From the NCBI GenBank assembly GCA_964429685.1, contig CAYSDE010000001.1:6293-46488 (forward strand): DNA of 40,196 nucleotides. Direction: 5' to 3'. Positions 9,805 to 19,125 of this stretch are shown one piece after another; position 1 is the stretch's first letter; each line of letters opens with the position of its first letter. Below the pieces are notes generated by a model that saw only the letters and a list, made by a program, of their open reading frames with translations, made no database searches and was not told the origin of the DNA. Made by a program: the position numbers and the translations under genes. The stretch is from an uncultured Pseudobdellovibrionaceae bacterium. Its GTDB lineage: Bacteria; Pseudomonadota; Alphaproteobacteria; UBA2400.

Positions 9805-10029
9805 GGATTTACGCGCAAAGACGCACGCCCTCTTGAGGAGCCGTCCGCACGCGCCGGATTAAGCTGGTTCAGAAAGAAACGTTCAGAAATGCCTGTGCTT
9901 TGTAATGCAGCACAATTTGCGCGATCCCGGTAACGCCAGCACCGCCGCATCGGCAGTTGCTGCGCGCTTGTACCAGAAAGGACCATAGCAAAGCAACAGG
10001 ATAATCTGTTCTGTTCCCGTTATATTGTC

Positions 10030-11736
10030 TCAGGCCGTCTTTAAACTGCTAACGAAGCTCTTTAACCTGCTTTGCAATTCGGCTGACTGGCTGGTCAGAG
10101 CGGCTGAAGCTTTCAGCACCTGCTGGGAAATGTCGCTGGAACGGCGCGAGTTGCTGCTGACTTCTGTGATTGACTGGGAAACAATCTGCGTCCCCTGCGC
10201 CGCCTGCTGAACGCTGCTGGCAATTTCCGTTGTCGCAGCCCCCTGCTCCTTGACTGCGTCCGAAATGGAAGCTGTGATGTCGCTGATCCGCTGGATCGTG
10301 CTGCTGATACCGCGAATGGCTGTCACCGCCGTTTCCGACACCTGCCGGATACCGCCAATCTGGGCTGAGATGTCGTCAGTGGCTTTAGCCGTCTGGCTGG
10401 CGAGATTCTTGACCTCGCTGGCAACCACGGCGAACCCTTTACCGGCTTCTCCGGCGCGGGCCGCCTCAATGGTGGCATTCAAGGCCAGCAGGTTGGTCTG
10501 ATTGGCAATTTCGCTGATTAACTGGAGGACAGTGCTGATCTTCTGTGCTGCTTCAGCCATGTTGACGACGGTCTGATCCGTGGAATTGGCCTGTGCTACA
10601 GCAGCGTTAGCCGTTGCGGCAGAATCTGCCACCTGCCGATTGATCTCGTGAATCGACGCGGTCAGTTCCTCCGTTGCAGAAGCAACCGTCGCCACATTGG
10701 CCGCGGCCTGATCCGAGGCCTTGCTGACACTCACCGCCTGTGTTGTTGTTTGCGAAGAGGCTTCAACCAGTTCTTCGGCGTAGCTATGCAGGTCTGAAGC
10801 CGCCTTGACAACCGAAGCCGTCACTGCCCCAACCGCCTGCTCAAACTCTCCAGCCATCTTCACCATGGCCTCTTTTTCCCTCAACTTCTGGGCCACAGCT
10901 TCCTGTTGTTGCGCCTCATGCTTCAAGAGGGCCATTTTCTGGGCATTCTGCCTGAAAACATGCAAGGCATTGGCCATCAGTCCCAATTCATCACCCCGCT
11001 CGCGACCCGGCACCTCTACGTCCAGCTTGCCGTTAGCAAGTTCCAGCATCGCCGCAGTCATCAGTCGGGTGGACTTTGTAATTCCACGAATGAGCGGAAC
11101 GGCAATCACCAGAATAACCAGCACGATTCCCGCGCCGTATTCAGAAAACCTGATGGTTTTCTGAATCATGGATTTATTGATGTCATCGACATACACACCG
11201 GTGCCGACAATCCAGCCCCACGGCTTGAATCCCTGGACATAGGAAATTTTTGGTTGTGGTTCCTGCTCGCCGGGTTTGGCCCACATGTAGTCAACAAAGC
11301 CCCCGCCCTGCGCATTCACAACCTTGACCATTTCAACGAAAAGGGCTTTGCCATTGGTATCCAGATTTCTGCTGAGTGCAGTACCATCCAGCTCCGGCTT
11401 GATCGGATGCATGATCATGGTGGGCGTCATGTCATTAATCCAGAAATACTGGTTGCCCTGATAGCGGATTTGTTTGACCTCTCCCATCGCAGCTGCCTGA
11501 GCCTCGACCAAAGTCATCTGGCCCGCCTCGACTTTCTTGGCATAGATGCCGAGAATACTTTCAACCGACTGCACCAAATTGCGCAGAGAGGCCGAACGCT
11601 CTTCCATAATATCGTTACGAAGATTGAAAAGTGAAATTCCCGTTAGCACAACTAGACCGACAGCAAACAAAGCCAGAATGAACCCCAGTTTGGCAGCAAT
11701 ACCGAAACCAGCGTTTTTCTTAAGAACGTCAGACAT
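10030..11736 (-). CDS. methyl-accepting chemotaxis protein (Cache-like periplasmic sensor, HAMP, MA domain)
   Basis: From ORF 10030..11754, whose listed start is a TTG. The ATG at 11736 ([10 protein letters not shown]...) is more likely. There are two TM segments flanking a ~170-aa sensor region, then the invariant signalling hairpin [31 protein letters not shown]. Confidence 0.9.
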   Translation of the reverse strand: MSDVLKKNAGFGIAAKLGFILALFAVGLVVLTGISLFNLRNDIMEERSASLRNLVQSVESILGIYAKKVEAGQMTLVEAQAAAMGEVKQIRYQGNQYFWINDMTPTMIMHPIKPELDGTALSRNLDTNGKALFVEMVKVVNAQGGGFVDYMWAKPGEQEPQPKISYVQGFKPWGWIVGTGVYVDDINKSMIQKTIRFSEYGAGIVLVILVIAVPLIRGITKSTRLMTAAMLELANGKLDVEVPGRERGDELGLMANALHVFRQNAQKMALLKHEAQQQEAVAQKLREKEAMVKMAGEFEQAVGAVTASVVKAASDLHSYAEELVEASSQTTTQAVSVSKASDQAAANVATVASATEELTASIHEINRQVADSAATANAAVAQANSTDQTVVNMAEAAQKISTVLQLISEIANQTNLLALNATIEAARAGEAGKGFAVVASEVKNLASQTAKATDDISAQIGGIRQVSETAVTAIRGISSTIQRISDITASISDAVKEQGAATTEIASSVQQAAQGTQIVSQSITEVSSNSRRSSDISQQVLKASAALTSQSAELQSRLKSFVSSLKTA

Positions 11737-11822
11737 AATTGTGACCCCCAACAAGGATTAAAGCACTGGTACTAGACCAAGAATGATGTAGTCATGGAAT
11801 CTTAAGAAAAGATTAATCCCGG

Positions 11823-13646
11823 TTATTCCACAGTCACACTCTTGGCCAGATTGCGGGGCTGGTCGACGTCTGTGCCTTTGAGGACGGCGACGTGATAGGC
11901 CAACAGCTGCACCGGAATGGCGTAGAGAATGGGGGCGACGAAGGGATCACACTCCGGCAGGGCAATCTGCCAGCGGGATTGCGTTTTCAGTTTGGCACAG
12001 CCTGCCGCGTCTGAAATCAGAAGCACTTGCCCGCCTCGCGCCGCCACTTCCTGCACGTTCCCCGCCACTTTTTCAAACAACGCGTCACGCGGCGCAACCA
12101 CGATGACTGGCACCTTGTCATCAATCAGGGCAATCGGGCCGTGTTTCATTTCTCCCGCTGCATAACCTTCCGCATGAATATAAGAAATTTCCTTCAGCTT
12201 CAGCGCCCCTTCAAGGGCGAGCGGGTAAAGCGGGCCGCGTCCTAGATACAGCACGTCGCGGGCGGGCATGATGTCCGGTGCAATCGCGGCAATGGCCGTA
12301 TCATGTTTCAGAATCTCAGCGGCGCGGGCGGGAAGTTCCCGCAAGGCCTTGGCAATTCCGGCTTCGCGCTCGGGCGAAACAACACCTTTTTGCCGCGCAC
12401 AAGCGACCGCAATACAAGCCAGCACAGCCAGTTGGGTCGTAAAGGCTTTGGTAGAGGCCACGCCGACTTCCGGGCCCGCATGGGTGTAGAACACAAAATC
12501 GCTTTCCCGCGCAATTGTGCTTTCCGGCTTGTTGATGACAGAGAGGATATGCTGTCCCTGCCGTCTGCAATAGCGCAGAGCCTCCAGCGTATCGAGGGTT
12601 TCGCCGGATTGCGAAATGAAGAGCGCAACGCCGTCCCTGGGCATGGGCGCTTCACGGTAACGGAACTCAGAAGCAATATCCAGCTCAACCGGAATCCGCG
12701 CCACCTGCTCGAACCAGTATTTAGCCACGAAAGCTGCATAATAGGCGGTGCCACACGCCACAATGGTCAGACGCGGAGTACCGGCCAGATCAAAGGGCAG
12801 CACCGGCAAGGCGATATGACCGGTCGAGGGATGAATGAAGCTGGCCAGCGTTTCCCCGATGACTTCCGGCTGCTCATGGATTTCCTTCAGCATGAAATGG
12901 CGGTAATTGCCCTTGCTGACCATATCCGCCGTTACATTGCTCAGTTTAATCGGACGCTCAACCACCCGATCAGTCTCGTCATGAATGACCACGCCGGAGG
13001 AGCGCACTTCTACCCAGTCGCCCTCTTCCAGATAGGACAGGCGGTTCGTGAGTGGAGCCAGCGCATAGGCATCCGAGGCCAGATACATCTCTCCCTCGCC
13101 ATAGCCGACCGCCAGCGGCGTGCCTCGTCGCGCCCCCATCATCAAGCCGTCCTCGCCGGTAAAAATGGCGGCGATGGAGAACGCCCCCTTCAGCCGTTTG
13201 AGGGCGGCAGAGGTCGCCTGCACCGGGTCCATACCCTGCCGCGCATAATGACTGAGCAGATGAGCAATAACCTCCGTATCGGTATCCGAGACAAAGCGGC
13301 ACTGATGCTCTTCCAGTTCGGCTTTCAACTCCTGATAATTTTCGATGATGCCGTTATGGACCACTGCCACTTTGTCGGTAGCATGAGGATGAGCGTTATT
13401 CTCGGTCGGGCCGCCATGGGTGGCCCAGCGGGTGTGACCGATTCCGGTTTGTCCTTTCAGGGGCTGTCTGGCCAGTTTGTCAGACAGGTTAATCAGCTTG
13501 CCCTCAGCCCGCTGCCGGGTAATGACGCCGTTGTCCAGCGTAGCAATTCCGGCGCTGTCATAACCGCGATACTCCAGCCGTCTGAGGCCCTCCAGCACCT
13601 GCGGTGCGACGTCTGATTTTCCGACAATGCCGACAATACCGCACAT
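11823..13646 (-). CDS. glmS: glutamine--fructose-6-phosphate aminotransferase
   Basis: 607-aa ORF starting MCGIVGIVG (Ntn Cys2) and ending ...NLAKSVTVE. Two SIS domains are present. Confidence 0.97.
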   Translation of the reverse strand: MCGIVGIVGKSDVAPQVLEGLRRLEYRGYDSAGIATLDNGVITRQRAEGKLINLSDKLARQPLKGQTGIGHTRWATHGGPTENNAHPHATDKVAVVHNGIIENYQELKAELEEHQCRFVSDTDTEVIAHLLSHYARQGMDPVQATSAALKRLKGAFSIAAIFTGEDGLMMGARRGTPLAVGYGEGEMYLASDAYALAPLTNRLSYLEEGDWVEVRSSGVVIHDETDRVVERPIKLSNVTADMVSKGNYRHFMLKEIHEQPEVIGETLASFIHPSTGHIALPVLPFDLAGTPRLTIVACGTAYYAAFVAKYWFEQVARIPVELDIASEFRYREAPMPRDGVALFISQSGETLDTLEALRYCRRQGQHILSVINKPESTIARESDFVFYTHAGPEVGVASTKAFTTQLAVLACIAVACARQKGVVSPEREAGIAKALRELPARAAEILKHDTAIAAIAPDIMPARDVLYLGRGPLYPLALEGALKLKEISYIHAEGYAAGEMKHGPIALIDDKVPVIVVAPRDALFEKVAGNVQEVAARGGQVLLISDAAGCAKLKTQSRWQIALPECDPFVAPILYAIPVQLLAYHVAVLKGTDVDQPRNLAKSVTVE

Positions 13647-13650
13647 GATG

Positions 13651-13690
13651 CCCCCTCCCTGACCCTCCCCCGCTACGCGGGAGAGGGGAT
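13651..13690. repeat. G/C-rich palindromic intergenic repeat (same family as 25043-25170)
   Basis: ccccctccctgaccctcccccgctacgcgggagagggga fills almost the whole glmU-glmS spacer. The core CTCCCCCGC-tac-GCGGGAGAG is an imperfect hairpin. It aligns with tccctcccccaccctaaccctcccccgcaagcgggggagggga at 25128-25170. Confidence 0.7.
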
Positions 13691-13693
13691 GAA

Positions 13694-15025
13694 TTACCGC
13701 TGTTCTTTTTTTCTGCGGGTTGCCATGCCACGGTTGGCCGCGACCTTTTGCGGGCTGCGCTCAAACGCCAGCGCATCGGCAGAAACATCCGCCGTAATAA
13801 CGCTGCCTGCTGCAATCAGTGCATCGTTGCCGATGGAAACCGGTGCCACCAGTGCTGCATTGGAGCCGATAAAGGCCCCGGCCCCGATTTCGGTTTTATA
13901 TTTGCCAAAGCCGTCATAATTGCAGGTGATGGTGCCCGCGCCGATATTGGCACCTTTGCCGACACTCGCATCCCCCAGATAGGTCAGATGATTGGCTTTG
14001 GCACCAGCATCCATCACCGTATTCTTCAACTCGACGAAATTGCCGACATGACAGCCAGCGCCGATCTTGCTACCCGGACGCAGCCGCGCATAAGGGCCGA
14101 TACGTGCCCCCTCACCCACCGTTGCGCCTTCAAGATGGCAGAAAGCCAGAATCTCAACAGAGTCAGCAACAGTTACGCCGGGGCCGAACACCACATTGGG
14201 GCCGATGACCACATCCTGCCCCAATACGGTATCCCAACTGAACCAGACGGTTGAGGGGTCGGTCAACGTAGCGCCATTAGCCAGCGCCTTTACGCGCAGC
14301 CGCTTCTGCATAATGAGTTCAACCGCCGCCAGATCGGCGCGGGTGTTGACGCCCATCACATCTTCGTAATCAATTTCGACATGAGCGCAGACATGACCCA
14401 ACTGACGGGCAACTGCGATGGTGTCGGTCAGATAAAACTCGCCTTTGGCATTGTTGCTGGTGATACCAGCCAGCAGCTTGGGCAACAGCGCCCCGTCAAA
14501 CAGCATGATGCCGCCATTGCAGAGGGTGATTTTCTTTTGTCCCTCATTGGCGTCTTTCTCTTCAACGATGGAGAGAAGATTACCGCCTTCGATCATCAGA
14601 CGGCCATAACCGGTCGGGCTGGGCGGGGTCATGCCACTGACCACCACCGCCGGATTGTCCCCGGCGAGACGCCGTTCGATCAGCTTCTGCAGGGTTTCGC
14701 AACTGACCAGAGGCGTGTCACCAAACAAGACCAGCACATCACCCTTCAAACCGGCACAGGCTGACAGCCCGGCCCGCACTGCATCGCCGGTGCCTTTGGG
14801 TACAGCCTGCACTGCGGTTCTATGGGGAGCGACCACTTCCGCCAGCGCCGCCATGTCCGGCCCGATCACGACAATCACCTGCTGAGGATCAAGTTTTTCC
14901 CCCGCTGCCAGCGTATGCAGCACCATGGGACGTCCGGCCACCTTGTGCAGCGGCTTGGCCAGAGAAGATTTCATTCGGGTGCCCATGCCAGCGGCTAGGA
15001 CAATGCAGGAGAGGTTCGTTGTCAT
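13694..15025 (-). CDS. glmU: bifunctional UDP-N-acetylglucosamine diphosphorylase / glucosamine-1-phosphate N-acetyltransferase
   Basis: From ORF 13694..15061, whose listed start is a TTG. The ATG at 15025 (MTTNLSCIVLAAGMGTRMKS) is preceded by AAGAAGG. There is an N-terminal LAAGxGTRM nucleotidyltransferase motif and a C-terminal left-handed beta-helix of hexapeptide repeats. Confidence 0.95.
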   Translation of the reverse strand: MTTNLSCIVLAAGMGTRMKSSLAKPLHKVAGRPMVLHTLAAGEKLDPQQVIVVIGPDMAALAEVVAPHRTAVQAVPKGTGDAVRAGLSACAGLKGDVLVLFGDTPLVSCETLQKLIERRLAGDNPAVVVSGMTPPSPTGYGRLMIEGGNLLSIVEEKDANEGQKKITLCNGGIMLFDGALLPKLLAGITSNNAKGEFYLTDTIAVARQLGHVCAHVEIDYEDVMGVNTRADLAAVELIMQKRLRVKALANGATLTDPSTVWFSWDTVLGQDVVIGPNVVFGPGVTVADSVEILAFCHLEGATVGEGARIGPYARLRPGSKIGAGCHVGNFVELKNTVMDAGAKANHLTYLGDASVGKGANIGAGTITCNYDGFGKYKTEIGAGAFIGSNAALVAPVSIGNDALIAAGSVITADVSADALAFERSPQKVAANRGMATRRKKEQR

Positions 15026-15097
15026 GACAGCCTTCTTGCAATGAATCGGGCACCCTGCCAATTCAAGACATGTTACGGTTTGTGACTGAAAGGGTTT

Positions 15098-16315
15098 TCA
15101 GGCGGCGACTGGCATTGCTATATCCTGCCATGCCGTACCAAGAGCCGACACCAGCGCCGCCACATCCTCAGCGCTGTGCAGCGGATTGGGGGTAATGCGC
15201 ACCCGTTCGGTTCCGCGTGGCACGGTCGGATAGTTGATGGGCTGCACATAAATACGATGCTGCTCCATCAGCAGGTCGGTCAGGGCGCGGCAACGCATGG
15301 GATCACCAACCATCAGCGGTATGATATGACTGCGGTTGGGCAGAACCGGCAGACCGGCAACCTTGAGGGCAGCCTTGACCTCAGCTACCCGGCTACGCTG
15401 AGCCTGACGCTCGCTGTCCGAATTGCGAAGATGGCGGATGCTGGCCAGTGCTCCCGCACAGATGACCGGCGGCAACGACGTGGTAAAAATAAAACCAGCA
15501 GCAGAGGAACGAATGGCATCAACCAAGGCGGTCGAGGCCGTGATATAGCCGCCTACCATGCCGAATGCCTTGCCCAGCGTCCCTTCAATAATGGTGAGGC
15601 GGTGACTGTTGCCGGTGGCTTCAGCAATACCGGCACCGGTTTTGCCGTACATGCCGACCGCATGAACTTCATCCAGATAGGTCATGGCGCCAAAATCATC
15701 GGCCAGATCACAAATCGCATCAATGGGAGCAATATCACCATCCATTGAATAGACGGATTCAAACGCGATCAGCTTGGGCCGGTTGATGGGCGCAACGCTG
15801 AGCATCTCGCGCAGATGGGCCACGTCGTTATGGCGGAAAACGTGTTTCTCGCACCCGGCATGGCGGATCCCCTCAATCATCGAATTGTGATTGCATTCAT
15901 CCGAGAAGATCATCAGGTTCGGAATGATTTTGCCCAGCGTGGACAGCGTGGCATGGTTGGAGATATAGCCTGACGTGAACAACAGCGCTGCCGCCTTGCC
16001 GTGCAGCGCTGCCAGTTCCCGCTCCAGCAGAACATGCAGATGGGTCGTCCCGGAGATGTTGCGGGTACCGCCTGCCCCAGAGCCGAACTGGTCAATAGCG
16101 TCATGCATGGCCGCCAGCACCGTCGGATGCTGACCCATGCCCAGATAATCATTGCTGCACCAGATGGTGACCTGTTCCGGCTTGGCCTCGGGTGAGCGCC
16201 GCCAGAGCGCTTTCGGAAAACGCCCGGCAATCCGTTCAAGATTGGCGAAGGTGCGATAGCGCCCTTCCGCCTTGAGGCTGGAGATATGAGACTCAAAAAT
16301 ACCGTCGAAGTCCAT
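15098..16315 (-). CDS. hemA: 5-aminolevulinate synthase
   Basis: 405-aa ORF. MDFDGIF...[23 protein letters not shown]...[13 protein letters not shown]...ESVYSMDGD is the ALAS / alpha-oxoamine synthase pattern typical of Alphaproteobacteria. Confidence 0.95.
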   Translation of the reverse strand: MDFDGIFESHISSLKAEGRYRTFANLERIAGRFPKALWRRSPEAKPEQVTIWCSNDYLGMGQHPTVLAAMHDAIDQFGSGAGGTRNISGTTHLHVLLERELAALHGKAAALLFTSGYISNHATLSTLGKIIPNLMIFSDECNHNSMIEGIRHAGCEKHVFRHNDVAHLREMLSVAPINRPKLIAFESVYSMDGDIAPIDAICDLADDFGAMTYLDEVHAVGMYGKTGAGIAEATGNSHRLTIIEGTLGKAFGMVGGYITASTALVDAIRSSAAGFIFTTSLPPVICAGALASIRHLRNSDSERQAQRSRVAEVKAALKVAGLPVLPNRSHIIPLMVGDPMRCRALTDLLMEQHRIYVQPINYPTVPRGTERVRITPNPLHSAEDVAALVSALGTAWQDIAMPVAA

Positions 16316-16389
16316 CGTGCAATCCCGAAGTTAAAAAACTGAATTGCGGACGAGCCTAACACATTTGAACAGAGTTTGAAGTGTTTCTG

Positions 16390-17217
16390 TTATGGAATTG
16401 CGCCAGAAGCAACCGAACGCAAATGCGCAATAATCGTTCCCATATTGGTGGTACTCTGCACACGCACCGCAAACAGTGGCAGCCCGGGCTGCGGATGGGC
16501 TATCCAGATGATTAGGGGATTTCTTTTGTCCGAATTGTCACGAGCGCTCCAGAAGCCTGCACGTTGCTCCTTCTCGGGAAAACCGGCAACCGGCTCGAAG
16601 GTCACTTCACAGCGGATGGCCGGGCCATGGTAGATATTATAATCAGTCTGGGTCAACACGTCCTCGCCCTTGTTCTCCATGACCAGATTATAAAGGCGGC
16701 GACCGTCGAAGGCCGGAATACGACCCGAACATCCGTCCTGCCCGCCCCGCGCCAGCACCGCTACCACCGCACTGACCGGATCAAGCGCGTTCTTTATCTG
16801 CTCGGCCGTTGCCTCAACGCGACCGTCAGGGCGCTGCGGCGGCGTCGAAACCACCGACAGGGCTCCGTCTTTGGCCCAGCTCATTTCAATGGTCTTCAGT
16901 TTCTCGCGCCAAGCCGTATCATAGCGGGCGACCTGCGGTGCGATATGGCCAGCCTCCACATTTCCCCGCGCCGTAATCATATTGCGCCACGGCACCAGCG
17001 TAGCCCACATGCCGCGTGTTTTGGCATTGGCATGAATATCGTACTGGCTGTCGGAAATGGCATAACTGATGCCCACATCCACAACCTTGAGGCCGCCAGC
17101 ATAAAGGTTGTAATTCAGCAGAACGGGGGGCGGAATGGCCGGCACAGACGCCGTTCCGGCCAGAGCCAGAGCGGGGAGCAGCAGGAACAGAGCGGCAAAT
17201 ACAAACTGTTTCATCAT
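16390..17217 (-). CDS. secreted DUF3108-like protein
   Basis: 275-aa ORF with the signal peptide MMKQFVFAALFLLLPALALAG. Its size and sequence resemble the DUF3108 family common in Alphaproteobacteria, a call made from memory. Confidence 0.65.
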   Translation of the reverse strand: MMKQFVFAALFLLLPALALAGTASVPAIPPPVLLNYNLYAGGLKVVDVGISYAISDSQYDIHANAKTRGMWATLVPWRNMITARGNVEAGHIAPQVARYDTAWREKLKTIEMSWAKDGALSVVSTPPQRPDGRVEATAEQIKNALDPVSAVVAVLARGGQDGCSGRIPAFDGRRLYNLVMENKGEDVLTQTDYNIYHGPAIRCEVTFEPVAGFPEKEQRAGFWSARDNSDKRNPLIIWIAHPQPGLPLFAVRVQSTTNMGTIIAHLRSVASGAIP

Positions 17218-17228
17218 CTTTCCCTATC

Positions 17229-17258
17229 TTGACAGACACCCGGTTGCGCGACTACAAA
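17229..17258 (+). promoter_or_regulatory. candidate sigma70-type promoter of tRNA-Val
   Basis: TTGACA (17229-17234), an 18-nt spacer, then TACAAA (17253-17258). The -10 ends 10 nt before the first base of the tRNA. Confidence 0.45.
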
Positions 17259-17268
17259 CGGCCTTCCC

Positions 17269-17343
17269 GGGCGGTTAGCTCAGCGGGAGAGCACCTGCTT
17301 CACACGCAGGGGGTCGCTGGTTCGATCCCAGCACCGCCCACCA
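17269..17343 (+). tRNA. tRNA-Val (anticodon CAC)
   Basis: Hand-folded cloverleaf. Acceptor GGGCGGT/ACCGCCC, D arm GCTC-AGCGGGA-GAGC, anticodon arm CCTGC-TTCACAC-GCAGG, variable loop GGGTC, T arm GCTGG-TTCGATC-CCAGC, discriminator A and an encoded CCA. Confidence 0.95.
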
Positions 17344-17416
17344 TACTGGCAGCTTTCTGCTGGAAATACGCTGCGACATGCTGCGCATCGTCATGAAATC
17401 ACATCACATCCTGTTT

Positions 17417-17929
17417 CTATTTGTTACGCTGAGCTAGAATTTGTCCACTGCGCCAAAGCCACGGGGCTTGGGCCCGCCCCGCCCACATACCCCGTTTGGC
17501 AGCTTGAGCCACGCCCTCCATTAACGAATATTGGGGTGACAGGCTGGCAAAAGACATTGCCCAGCCAGCGCGCACAACAAGAGCCGCCAGATCAAGTCCG
17601 CCGACGGCACAGGTTCCCAGTTTCTGCCCGTGGAAATCCTGCCCCCGGACATAACAGGTAATCTGGTTCTGCCCGATCAACTGATTGAGCGCGGCCTTGG
17701 CCTTTTCAAAGCAGTTATAGCTTTGCCCGACCCGGTTGGTGCAGGTTTGCCCGTTATCCGGCGCATCAATGCCCCACAGCCTGACCACCGTACCGTTAAC
17801 AGAAATAACATCCCCCTCAACCGCCACCCCGGTACCGATGGTGGTCGGCAGCGAAGCGCTGGAGGAGGCTACTGCCGGATGGCCAAGCCCCCAGCACAAC
17901 AAGGCAGAAAGAAGAAGATGCTTCATCAT
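17417..17929 (-). CDS. secreted thermonuclease (staphylococcal nuclease, SNase-like) family protein
   Basis: 170-aa ORF with the signal peptide MMKHLLLSALLCWGLGHPAVA. VRLWGIDAPDNGQ matches the RLxGIDAPE SNase motif (Asp in place of Glu). Its start overlaps the upstream gene's stop (ATGA, 17926-17929). Confidence 0.8.
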   Translation of the reverse strand: MMKHLLLSALLCWGLGHPAVASSSASLPTTIGTGVAVEGDVISVNGTVVRLWGIDAPDNGQTCTNRVGQSYNCFEKAKAALNQLIGQNQITCYVRGQDFHGQKLGTCAVGGLDLAALVVRAGWAMSFASLSPQYSLMEGVAQAAKRGMWAGRAQAPWLWRSGQILAQRNK

Positions 17930-18993
17930 TTTGCCGAAGGACAGCTCTCTGCGCCAGCATAGGATGGCACCGCGTTCTGAAAAAATCCGGAGCGCTTGAT
18001 GAGGACAAGCATTTTATCACTGTCGACGACCGTGGCGGGAGGTTCAGCCCCGGCCAGAATAACATCCGTAAAGTCCAGCTCTTCAGAAGAATTATCGGAA
18101 GACTTTGTATCAGGGAGCATCCCCACAATGCAGTATTTGTTCTCGCGCATAAAATTGTTAATATCAAAAACCGTCGCACGGGCCAAAAAGCGAACCCGGA
18201 AACGGTTGAGTTCCCGATCCCGGGTGCAGCCTTGCGGCGTACTGACATCCTGATGCATCGTCGGATAACCCTTGCCGGAATACAGCCTGATGGCGGTGCG
18301 TGACAGATCGAAATCATCCCCGGCCAGAAAAACCCCGACCTGATTACGGGAGTCCGGGCAGGGAATCTCCGGCACCACCCGCGCCGCTACGCCAAAGGGA
18401 CGGGAAAACTTCTGGATATACAGATACGCCTGATACTCTGCCTGTTTCTTGAGGTCTGGCGTCAGAAATCTGTTGGCGTAGTCCATGTTCACATCCCTTG
18501 CAACATTGGGATTGCCTGTAAATGCGGTCTTGAACCAGGCATAGCCTTCAACCAGATCAACCGGACTGCCACATTTGCCTTCCAGATAGCTGCGCCCCAA
18601 AGCCAGTTGGGCGTTGGCCACCCCTTTTTCGGCAGCGGTGCGTAAAAGGGCGCGGGCTTCCGTAATCAGGCGAGGGTCAAGCCTGACCGCTGGCTGAAAC
18701 GAACGCGCCGCCGGGCAGCGAAGACTCTCAGCCCCAAGGCGGGCCATGCCCTGATAATCAGTAGCCAACAAGGCGGCCCGCTTGTTCTCAAAGGCCACCA
18801 GAGCGGGATCACGCGGAGGCTGCTGCACAACCGGTGCCAAAGGAAGCACGCCGTCCGCAGGCGGAAGCGGCGCCGTTGGCGGCACAACCCGCCGTATGGC
18901 AGGCGGCGCAGTCACCGGCACAGAAACACTCTGCGCCACCGCACTCCCCGCCACCACTCCCAACAGCATAACGCCAATCCAAAACCGGTGCAT
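17926..18993 (-). CDS. secreted hypothetical protein with Pro-rich linker and one or two Sel1-like repeats
   Basis: 355-aa ORF with the signal peptide MHRFWIGVMLLGVVAGSAVA and a Pro-rich stretch. AAEKGVANAQLALGRSYLEGKCG...EGYAWFKTA looks Sel1/TPR-like. The ~190-aa C-terminal half is unrecognised and visibly more AT-rich. Confidence 0.65.
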   Translation of the reverse strand: MHRFWIGVMLLGVVAGSAVAQSVSVPVTAPPAIRRVVPPTAPLPPADGVLPLAPVVQQPPRDPALVAFENKRAALLATDYQGMARLGAESLRCPAARSFQPAVRLDPRLITEARALLRTAAEKGVANAQLALGRSYLEGKCGSPVDLVEGYAWFKTAFTGNPNVARDVNMDYANRFLTPDLKKQAEYQAYLYIQKFSRPFGVAARVVPEIPCPDSRNQVGVFLAGDDFDLSRTAIRLYSGKGYPTMHQDVSTPQGCTRDRELNRFRVRFLARATVFDINNFMRENKYCIVGMLPDTKSSDNSSEELDFTDVILAGAEPPATVVDSDKMLVLIKRSGFFQNAVPSYAGAESCPSAK

Positions 18994-19057
18994 AGCCCCC
19001 CCTTAACCTAAGTTAAGCCCGAGGATAACACAGAAATTCCTTTAACCGTTATTCCCT

Positions 19058-19087
19058 TTGCAATTAACCATCTAAAAATTATATAAA
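19058..19087 (+). promoter_or_regulatory. candidate sigma70-type promoter in the AT-rich divergent spacer
   Basis: TTGCAA (19058-19063) is followed after 16-18 nt by TATATA/TATAAA (19080-19087). A GAGGGA RBS lies 11 nt before the ATG at 19126. Confidence 0.3.
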
Positions 19088-19125
19088 ATGATACGCCGTA
19101 TTTTAACCAAGAGGGACACTCAATC

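Noticed and set aside
8560-9933. Long antisense ORFs opposite well-supported genes: 8560..9933 (+, 457 aa, versus the helicase), 12303..13616 (+, 437 aa, versus glmS), 38804..40144 (-, 446 aa, versus accC), 37722..38699 (-, 325 aa, versus aroQ/accB), 21596..22534 (-, 312 aa, versus cysQ), 1202..2203 (-, 333 aa, versus gltX), and 5545..6141 and 6442..7173 (+).
   Set aside because: These are typical stop-poor antisense frames of GC-rich DNA. The products are Arg/Gly/Ala/His-rich with no recognisable motifs, and each fully overlaps a gene with strong family signatures.
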